64,000 bases of DNA from Rhabdothermincola salaria (GTDB lineage Bacteria; Actinomycetota; Acidimicrobiia; Acidimicrobiales; Acidimicrobilacustridaceae): the NCBI RefSeq assembly GCF_021246445.1, contig NZ_JAJQXW010000001.1, positions 806,001 to 870,000 of the forward strand, read 5' to 3'. The position numbers were made by a program, and so were the translations under genes. The notes beneath the pieces were generated by a model. The model saw only the letters and a program-made list of their open reading frames with translations. It was not told the origin of the DNA and ran no database searches. The stretch's first letter is position 1. The number at the start of each line of letters is the position of its first letter. This document shows, in pieces, positions 56,855 to 64,000 of the stretch.

Positions 56855-57535
56855 TCAGCCGCCGGCCTCGAGGAACTCGAGCACGGCGTCGATGAAGCCG
56901 AAGTTCTTGGGTGTGGCGAAGTGGTCGACCCCGCGCAGGGACACGAGGCGGGCGGTCGCCAGACGTTCCAGGAGGGGATCGGCCGGACCGGCGAAGTCCT
57001 GATCCCCGAGCACCACCAGCACCGGGCAGGTGATGCGGGCCAGGCCTTCGTCGGTGAGAGGTTGCGACCGGGGGCGCCGCATCAACGCGGCGAGTGCGGC
57101 CGGCTCCTGGTCGGGGGCCTCGGCCAGGGTGGCGAAGTAGCGCGCCACCGGGTCGTCGGCCGGGGCCCGACCCTCGATCGCGGCGGCGATCATCTCCGAC
57201 GATCCGTCGTCACGGAACAGGTTGGCTCCCACGCCCGCGACGACCAGCGAGTGGAAGCGCTCAGGGTGCGCGGACGCCAACAACAGCAACGTGCGCGCCC
57301 CCAACGAGAAGCCCACGGCATCGACGGGCTCGGCGGGCAGCCGCTCCAGCAGGTGGGCCTCGAGCGCGTCGTACGCCTCGGGGTCGGTGGGACGCTCGGC
57401 CGTGGCATGCCCGAGGAGGTCGGGGGCGAGCACCTCCCGGCCGACGTCGGCCAGGATGTCGAGCCAACCGTTGTCGCCCCACGTACGCGCCGCGGACGTG
57501 GCGAAGCCGTGGACCAGCACCACAGGAGGGGTCAT
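56855..57535 (-). CDS. Alpha/beta fold hydrolase
   Basis: LVHG, DLLGH, GFSLG nucleophile, GDQD, DH. Confidence 0.87.
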   Translation of the reverse strand: MTPPVVLVHGFATSAARTWGDNGWLDILADVGREVLAPDLLGHATAERPTDPEAYDALEAHLLERLPAEPVDAVGFSLGARTLLLLASAHPERFHSLVVAGVGANLFRDDGSSEMIAAAIEGRAPADDPVARYFATLAEAPDQEPAALAALMRRPRSQPLTDEGLARITCPVLVVLGDQDFAGPADPLLERLATARLVSLRGVDHFATPKNFGFIDAVLEFLEAGG

Positions 57536-60500
57536 GAACGCTCCTTCGACGATGTCCTCGGAGGTGAGGACGGGGAGGGATCGGCCTCTCGCCGGCGCAC
57601 GATGACGTCGCGCATCCCCTCGGCGAGCAACAAGAAGACGGCGACCAGCGCCACGATGTGGGCCCGCTCGAACATCTGGGGCCACTCGAAGTCGGACGGG
57701 TAGTCGCGCCGCCACTGCGACGTCACGATGTACGCCGTCGCCACGGCATAGGCGCTGGCGGCGGCCAGCCCCAGCACCCCGCGCCCACGGGGGGAGCGGA
57801 AGGCCCACCAGGCGCCGGCCACGACGAGGGGGATGGCCAGCAGATCGGGCAGTCGGGTGGGCACGTCGAGGAGCATGACCACGAACAGGGCGCCGGCGGC
57901 GACGCTGGCGGCGCGGATCGACGCTCGCTCGACGATGCTGCCCCGGGTGTCGATGCGCCACGGCAGGGGCGCCAGGTCGGGGTCGAGGGGCAAGGCCCGG
58001 TGGTCGGCGCGCTCGGCGGCACCGCGGTCGTCGGCGAGGACCGCGATCGCCGGGTCGGCCGCGTGGCGGCGCCGTCGTTCGGACCACAGGACCAGGGCGA
58101 GGCAGACCGCCACCGCCACCACCGAGACCCAGATGCCGATCCACACGATCCGCTGGGGCGCCCACTCCACGTGGACCTCGAGGGGGCCATCGCCGACGAC
58201 GGCCGGGTCGAGCAGCCAGCCGTTGGCGTAGCCGTCGATCAACACCGGCGGACCGAGGTCGACGCCGTTGGCGCTGGCTTCCCAGCCATCGTTCCAGGAC
58301 TGGCCGACCGAGAGCCAGCGCGCCTCGTCGGACCCGGGCACGACGAAGTCGTAGCTCACGTCGCCCCGCTCGAGCTCGTCGACCGCTCCGTCGCCCGTGA
58401 CGACCGGGGCGGCCAGCTCGGGCACACCCAACGGGGCGCCGTCGCGGGCCGAGGCCAGGACCAGCCGGTCGACGGAGAGGCCGACCTCGCGGCCGGTGGC
58501 GGTGCGCACCTCGTGCTCGCCGGCGGTGAGGGCCAGACCGGACTCGGTCCCTCCACAGGGGGTGACGTGGAGGGCTCGGCGGGCGAGGGCGGCGGCTGCC
58601 GGACCACTGACGCGGACCGGCACCGGCTCGCCGTCGACCGTCACGAGGTCGGTGCGACACCCCGAGTCGACGGTCTCGGCGGCGGCGGGGGCGACGACCC
58701 CGGGAAGGCCCAGCTCGGCGATGGCGGCCGGCATGGCGATCGGGTTCTTGGTGTACCAGTCGATGGTCTCGACCGGGCGGTGGTCGTCGATGGTGACCCG
58801 GAAGGTCGAGCCGGTGAGCGGTTCGAACGTGACGGGCGCCGACGCTGTCGCGTCGGGCTCGTCGCCATCGGTGATCTCCGGGAGCGTGACCGTGCGGCTG
58901 CGGGCCGGGTCGCCGTCGGCGGCGATGGTGAGCTGTCGAGGCACGGAGTGGCGACCGTCGGCGACGACCTCCAGATCGAGGCGGTCGATGGTGGTCGGTG
59001 CCGGCAGCGCGATGTCGAGCCACTGCCCGTCGATGCCGGCGAACGGCGTCGACCATGCCGTGGTGGGATCGCCGTCGACGGCGGCGTGCGCTCGAGCGGT
59101 GAGGTCTCCGGGCAGGGAGTCCGAGGCCGTGGCGGTGACACCGCCCTGGGCGGCGGACGGGATGCCCAGCAGGGCGTCGAGGAGCTCCTCGGAGGCCGAC
59201 GCCTCGAGCCGGGCCTCGCCGCCGATGCCGAAGGCGCGCGGCGTGGGCACGTCGACGATGCGAGCCATCGAGGTCTCGGCATCGGTGCGGACCGGTTCGG
59301 CGGGGTTCGTGCGCAACCGGGTGAACAGGTAGGTGAGGCGGTGATCAGCCGAGCTCTCCCCGGCGGCGTCGAGCAGGTCGACCGGCGGTCGGATCACCTC
59401 TCGGACCTGGAGGTCGCCGAGGCGCACCTCGGCGAGGCCCACCCCGCTCTCGCTGTCGTAGCGGGGTCGCCGCCCGGAGGTGTCGGCCAGGATCTCGATC
59501 TCCAGACGGGAGAAGGTGCGCTCCCCGAAGTCGACCCGTTGGCCGGGCTCGGCACGGCTCTCCTCGCCGAGGTCGGCGACGACGGACTCCTCGCCGTCGA
59601 AGGTGAGACGGACCTGGGTGAGCCAACGCGTGCGCACACCGCTCTGGGGCTGGAGGAGCTCGACGTGGTCGGTCGTGAGTGGTTCCGCTGCCTCGATGAT
59701 GAGCCGCTGTCCGAGCGGGTCGCCCATGTCGGCGACCTTCCAGGCGGTCTGGGGGTCGCCGTCGAGGGCGCCGGCCGCCCGGTCGTTGGCGGTGAGGGTG
59801 ACCTCGTTGCCGTAATCGGTGGCGAAGACCTGCACTCCTCCGAGCTGGCGGGTGACGGTCGCGGCGCTGTCGTCGGCCTCGGGGAAGAGCTCGAGGCGTT
59901 GGTCTCCGGGCTTGTACACGAGCGGCTCCTCGCCGGCCTGCTCGGTGTAGCCCGCCGTCTCGCGCAGGGTGCTCCAGGACCGGGCCCGCTTGCGGTTCGT
60001 GTCGGTGACGACGAGATCGGCACCGTCATCGAGCAGGCTGTCCAGGGCCTCGGGTTCAGCGGCGAAGCTGGCCGCGTAGAAGATCGCCTGCTCGGGGTCG
60101 AGGGCGCCGGCCTCGGCCAGGTCGACCAGTCCGTCGCCGTCGCCGGAGACGACCAGCGGCCGCTCGGCCGGTTGGGTGCGGACCACGGGCAAGCGGTCCT
60201 GGACCCCGAAGACGGCGACCGCCGGCGGGTCCTCCCACTCGGGCGGCGTGGCCAGCTCGATCTCGTCGAGCAGCGGGAGCTCGGGTCCGGCCACGTTGCG
60301 GTCGGTGGGCCCGAAGGGGACCGGCTCGTCGAGGCCGGGAGTGCGCCGCAGCAACTCCCACATCGTGCGGGGACGGGCCAGCCGGTAGCGCTCGTATTGC
60401 AGGTCGGAGCGCAGCACGATGTCGCCGACGCCCATCAGGCGGGCGAGGGGAGCGACGGCCTCGGGGTCGAGCGTCTCCTCGTGCCACCGGTGGTCGAACG

Positions 60501-62043
60501 CCATCTGCAGGTCGGCCGAGGGCTCCGAGCCCCACAAGAAGAGCTCGCGCGCCGCGTACTGGCGCTCGGTGAGCCCGGGGGTGACGGGATCGACCGTGTT
60601 GCCCCACCGATAGCTGGCGAAGTCGGTACCCGGGACCTCGAGCGCACGCGTGCCGTCGTCGGTGGCCGTGAGGTAGTCGGCCACCTCCTCCCAGTAGGCC
60701 GGGATCTCCTCGGGACGTTCGAGGTTGGAGGCGATCATCTGACCGTTCCACAACGTGGGCAGGTTCACGATGACCAGGGCGGCGACGACCGCCGTGGCCG
60801 GCCACGCCAGCCGCGGCTTCATGCGTCCGAAGGCGGCGACGCCGGCTCCGAGGCAGACCGACAAGCCCAGGGCCAGGAGGGGGACGGCCCGCGGGGTGGA
60901 GCGCAGCGAGAGCCCGGCGTCGGTGCGCGTGGCCTCCTTGAACACCGCCCCGAGGAACGATGGGTCGTCCCAGGGGTGGGCCGCGATGGCGGCGAGGGCC
61001 CCCACCGCCACGAGGACGAGGAAGAAGGCCCGGTACCGCCAGCGCAGGAGCGCGGCGCAGACCATGGCGAGCAGCGGGACGGCGTAGCTCAGGGTGAGGA
61101 AGAAGAGGTTGGTCGTGTAGGTCTGGCTCGGCTCGATCCAGGGACCGAGCTTGTCGGTGCCGTAGAAGAACCAGTAGCCCAGCCCCCGGAGGACCTCGGG
61201 GGCGGTCGACGCCTGCGCGACCACCTCGTAGGTCTCGGTGTAGCGGATGACCGGGAGGCCGTAGCGACCTTGGGCCCAGAGCCCCGCGATCCACCACAGC
61301 GACGCGGCCACCGTGAGCACCCCGATGCGGCCAGCGGTGGCGAGCGCGTGGCGGACGCTCGCCTCTCGATCGACCACCACCGCGTGCAGCAGCCACAGCA
61401 GCGGGCCGAGGCCGATGAGCAACAGAGCCGTCGCGTTCACCCCACCGACGGTCAACACCACCAGCGCGAACAGCGCAGGATCGCGCCAACCACCGCGGCG
61501 CAACGCTCGCACGGTGAAGGCGATGAGCCACGGCAGCGCGGTCCAGGGCAACAAGATGACCGAGATGCGAGCCGAGTAGTTGAGCAGGTAGGGGCTCAAC
61601 ATGTAGGCGAGGGTGGCGACGAGGACACCGCCCTGGCGGGCCGAGAGCGAACCCCAGCCCAGGGTGCGCAGCAGGTAGCGCACGCCCATGCCGGCGGCGA
61701 AGATGAGCGTGCCCATCCAGAACCGCTGCGCCACCCAATCGGGCACGCCGATGGTCTCGAAGAGCCAGTAGAACGGCCCCATCGGCCACAGATAGCCGAT
61801 GTTCTGGTGGGTCACCGAGCCCAGGCCGACGTCGCTGTTCCAGACGTACGGGGCTTCGGACAGCAACTTGCCGGGGTCGAGGTAGAGGTACGTCTTGGTG
61901 TCGGCGCCGACCATCCCCCGGTGGGTGAACAGCAGCGGAACGTAGGCGATGAAGGCGGGCAGGGCCACGCCCAGCCAGTCGAACCGGCGCCGCGGCGGCG
62001 TCGATCCCGAGCTCCCCGAGCGGGTCGCGGTCGGCGCCGTCAC
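57532..62043 (-). CDS. aftD: AftD-like (DUF3367) GT-C glycosyltransferase with carbohydrate-binding modules
   Basis: ADTKTYLYLDP, HQNIGYLWPMGP, WVAQRFW, IPAYW, YRWGNTVD, two DGDP.TAW motifs; about 1500 aa. Confidence 0.8.
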   Translation of the reverse strand: MTAPTATRSGSSGSTPPRRRFDWLGVALPAFIAYVPLLFTHRGMVGADTKTYLYLDPGKLLSEAPYVWNSDVGLGSVTHQNIGYLWPMGPFYWLFETIGVPDWVAQRFWMGTLIFAAGMGVRYLLRTLGWGSLSARQGGVLVATLAYMLSPYLLNYSARISVILLPWTALPWLIAFTVRALRRGGWRDPALFALVVLTVGGVNATALLLIGLGPLLWLLHAVVVDREASVRHALATAGRIGVLTVAASLWWIAGLWAQGRYGLPVIRYTETYEVVAQASTAPEVLRGLGYWFFYGTDKLGPWIEPSQTYTTNLFFLTLSYAVPLLAMVCAALLRWRYRAFFLVLVAVGALAAIAAHPWDDPSFLGAVFKEATRTDAGLSLRSTPRAVPLLALGLSVCLGAGVAAFGRMKPRLAWPATAVVAALVIVNLPTLWNGQMIASNLERPEEIPAYWEEVADYLTATDDGTRALEVPGTDFASYRWGNTVDPVTPGLTERQYAARELFLWGSEPSADLQMAFDHRWHEETLDPEAVAPLARLMGVGDIVLRSDLQYERYRLARPRTMWELLRRTPGLDEPVPFGPTDRNVAGPELPLLDEIELATPPEWEDPPAVAVFGVQDRLPVVRTQPAERPLVVSGDGDGLVDLAEAGALDPEQAIFYAASFAAEPEALDSLLDDGADLVVTDTNRKRARSWSTLRETAGYTEQAGEEPLVYKPGDQRLELFPEADDSAATVTRQLGGVQVFATDYGNEVTLTANDRAAGALDGDPQTAWKVADMGDPLGQRLIIEAAEPLTTDHVELLQPQSGVRTRWLTQVRLTFDGEESVVADLGEESRAEPGQRVDFGERTFSRLEIEILADTSGRRPRYDSESGVGLAEVRLGDLQVREVIRPPVDLLDAAGESSADHRLTYLFTRLRTNPAEPVRTDAETSMARIVDVPTPRAFGIGGEARLEASASEELLDALLGIPSAAQGGVTATASDSLPGDLTARAHAAVDGDPTTAWSTPFAGIDGQWLDIALPAPTTIDRLDLEVVADGRHSVPRQLTIAADGDPARSRTVTLPEITDGDEPDATASAPVTFEPLTGSTFRVTIDDHRPVETIDWYTKNPIAMPAAIAELGLPGVVAPAAAETVDSGCRTDLVTVDGEPVPVRVSGPAAAALARRALHVTPCGGTESGLALTAGEHEVRTATGREVGLSVDRLVLASARDGAPLGVPELAAPVVTGDGAVDELERGDVSYDFVVPGSDEARWLSVGQSWNDGWEASANGVDLGPPVLIDGYANGWLLDPAVVGDGPLEVHVEWAPQRIVWIGIWVSVVAVAVCLALVLWSERRRRHAADPAIAVLADDRGAAERADHRALPLDPDLAPLPWRIDTRGSIVERASIRAASVAAGALFVVMLLDVPTRLPDLLAIPLVVAGAWWAFRSPRGRGVLGLAAASAYAVATAYIVTSQWRRDYPSDFEWPQMFERAHIVALVAVFLLLAEGMRDVIVRRREADPSPSSPPRTSSKERS

Positions 62044-63281
62044 CGGAGGGTGGCGCCTCGACCCCGGCCCCGGGCGCGCCGCATGGCGTCGAGCGCGAGT
62101 GGGGTGAACGCACCGAGGGCCGTGGCCTCCCAGGTGAAGGTGGCGGCGTGCTCGAGCGCCCCCTGCGAGAGGCGCTGACGGAGCTCGGCGTCGGTGAGCA
62201 CGGCGATCAGGTCCTCGACGAGGCGTCGCGGATCGGGGGCGAGCAGACCGCTGAGGCCCGCGGCGACCGAGTCGCGGTGCCCGGCGATGTCGGTGGCGAC
62301 CGCCGGCGTGCCGCAGGCGGCGGCCTCCGTGAGGGTCATTCCCCAGCCCTCGGCGATCGAGGCGCTGGTCACGGCCCAAGCCCGACGGTAGAGCGACACG
62401 AGCTCCTCGTCGGACACCCGGCCGGCGAGGCGCACCCACTCGGTGGCGTCGAGGGCCGCGATCTGCTCCTCGAGGGCGGGGCGCTCGTAGCCGTCACCGA
62501 CGATCACCAGCTGCAGGTCGGGCACCGAGCGGCGCACCTCGGCGGCCACGTCGAGCAGGACGTCGAACCGCTTGGAGGGCATCAGGCGACCGACGCTCAC
62601 CAGGAGGGGCTCGGGGCTCTCCTCCTCGTCGCCCGGAGCGAAGCGTTCTTCGATGCCCGGCGGCACGACGCTGATCCGGCCCGGCTTGAGCCCGAGGTAG
62701 TCGATCATCTCTCGTCGGGACGACTCCGACAGGGTGACGATCGGCGTGCGTCGGTAGAGCGGGGGAGCCAGTCGATGCTCGAAGAACTTGCCGGCGCTGG
62801 CCAGCTTGTCCTCGAGGACCATGTCCCACATGTCGCGATGGACGTGGTGCATGAAGGCGATCTTCGGGCCCCGGGCCCACAGCGGCGTGAGGAAGGGCAC
62901 GCCGTTCCAGATCTCCACGATGCCGTCGCGCGGCCCGTGCGCGCCCAGCAGCTCGGAGATCACCGAGGTGGGGAACACCATGAAGCGGCCGTGCTTGCGG
63001 ATGATGCGGTACCCGTCGCGCGTCCCTTCGAAGGGGTGGCCCTGGGCGTAGGAGGTGCGCATGGTGATGTCGAGGCCGGCCTCGGCCCAGATGGCCAGGA
63101 TCTTGGCCGCGTGGAGCTCGGAGCCTCCCGCCTCGATGTCGACGAGGTCTCGCCAGGCCAGCACGTGGATCCGCTCGAGCCCCGCCTCGGCGGCCAGTGC
63201 GGCCACCGCCTCGATCCCTTTGGACGCGACGCCGAGATCTCCCGACGGGGTCCCCGGTTGGTCTCGTGCCCCCCCGCTCAT
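62040..63281 (-). CDS. GT4 family glycosyltransferase
   Basis: WRDL...EAGGSE, VGRL..SKR, EGWGMTLTEAAACGTP. Confidence 0.92.
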   Translation of the reverse strand: MSGGARDQPGTPSGDLGVASKGIEAVAALAAEAGLERIHVLAWRDLVDIEAGGSELHAAKILAIWAEAGLDITMRTSYAQGHPFEGTRDGYRIIRKHGRFMVFPTSVISELLGAHGPRDGIVEIWNGVPFLTPLWARGPKIAFMHHVHRDMWDMVLEDKLASAGKFFEHRLAPPLYRRTPIVTLSESSRREMIDYLGLKPGRISVVPPGIEERFAPGDEEESPEPLLVSVGRLMPSKRFDVLLDVAAEVRRSVPDLQLVIVGDGYERPALEEQIAALDATEWVRLAGRVSDEELVSLYRRAWAVTSASIAEGWGMTLTEAAACGTPAVATDIAGHRDSVAAGLSGLLAPDPRRLVEDLIAVLTDAELRQRLSQGALEHAATFTWEATALGAFTPLALDAMRRARGRGRGATLR

Positions 63282-63294
63282 GTGCGGCCCCCGG

Positions 63295-64000
63295 TCAGGG
63301 GGAGGTCCGGTTGACGGGGTGGTCGGGCCCGTAGGCGTCCCGCGAGATCACCGGTGCGTCACGTCCGGTGCCCCCTCCGCCCGACGATGCAGCGGCCGCG
63401 TCGGCCTTCTCCTCGTGGTACTCCTCTTCGACGTTGACCTCCCACACGTCGTGGTGGGTGCCCTCGACCAGGTTCTCGACGGTCAGCATCGCCGTGTACA
63501 TCGAGTGGTCCTGGTTGTTGTACCGGTGCATGCCGTTGCGGCCCACCGGATGGACGTTGGGGGTGTTGGCGACCAGCCAGTCGCGCAGGCGCTGCACGTT
63601 GGCCTTGTAGTGCTCGTCGTAGAACGGATAGGCCTTCGGCATCCGCACCACGTAGCCGGCCTCGACCGCCGACGCCGGCACCAGGCCGATGTGCTCGAGC
63701 TCGCGCTTGGCCAACTCGACCAGGTCGGCGTCGTCTGCGCTCCAGAGGTGGTCGCCCTCGAAGACGAAGTACTCGAGGCCCAGGCAGGTGCGCCCCTCCT
63801 TGACCATGTAGGGCGACCAGGAGGCGAAGTTCTGGATGCGCCCCACCTCGACCTCGGGGGAGTGGATGTAGATCCAGTTGTCCGGGAACGAGGCGCTCTC
63901 GGGCACGACGAGGGCCACGGTCAGGAAGTCTCGGTAGGCCAGGTCGTCGGCTGCCTGGAGCACGTCTGCCGGAACCGGCGGATCCATCGCCCGCAGCAGC
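63295..64000 (-). CDS. FAD-dependent oxidoreductase, 5' end outside the window
   Basis: FPDNWIYIH, GRIQNF..WSP, GLEYF, GRNGMHRYNNQDHSM. Confidence 0.82.
   Translation of the reverse strand, partial: LLRAMDPPVPADVLQAADDLAYRDFLTVALVVPESASFPDNWIYIHSPEVEVGRIQNFASWSPYMVKEGRTCLGLEYFVFEGDHLWSADDADLVELAKRELEHIGLVPASAVEAGYVVRMPKAYPFYDEHYKANVQRLRDWLVANTPNVHPVGRNGMHRYNNQDHSMYTAMLTVENLVEGTHHDVWEVNVEEEYHEEKADAAAASSGGGGTGRDAPVISRDAYGPDHPVNRTSP

Overview
High-GC actinobacterial window; gene style and content suggest Acidimicrobiia (inference). 1-24.3 kb is a dense catabolic region of unknown substrate: five amidohydrolase-superfamily genes, a cyclase-family hydrolase, three SDR-fold genes (one apparently a pseudoenzyme), a lone CoxL/XdhA-type molybdo-subunit, class II aldolase, AKR, LLM oxidoreductase, Rv3169-like protein, APH-like kinase, DAD-type cupin, CoA ligase and MarR/GntR regulators. 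24.4-49.7 kb is mixed housekeeping: NlpC/P60, cold-shock protein, class I fumarase, LCP, MtaD-like deaminase, orphan ABC permease, J-domain protein, M18 aminopeptidase and gltBD. 49.8-64 kb holds two membrane proteins sharing an N-terminal GPGWWQASDGKWYPPEQ tag, a complete conservon (cvnABCD-like) and the end of an AftD-like/GT4 glycosylation operon. No rRNA, tRNA, CRISPR array, transposase or integrase was recognised. The best leads are the protein-level-conserved N-terminal tag, several families of palindromic intergenic repeats (one pair bracketing a three-gene operon), a catalytically dead lytic-transglycosylase domain fused to NlpC/P60, and a pseudo-SDR/SDR pair. All calls come from motif reading by eye; no searches were run.
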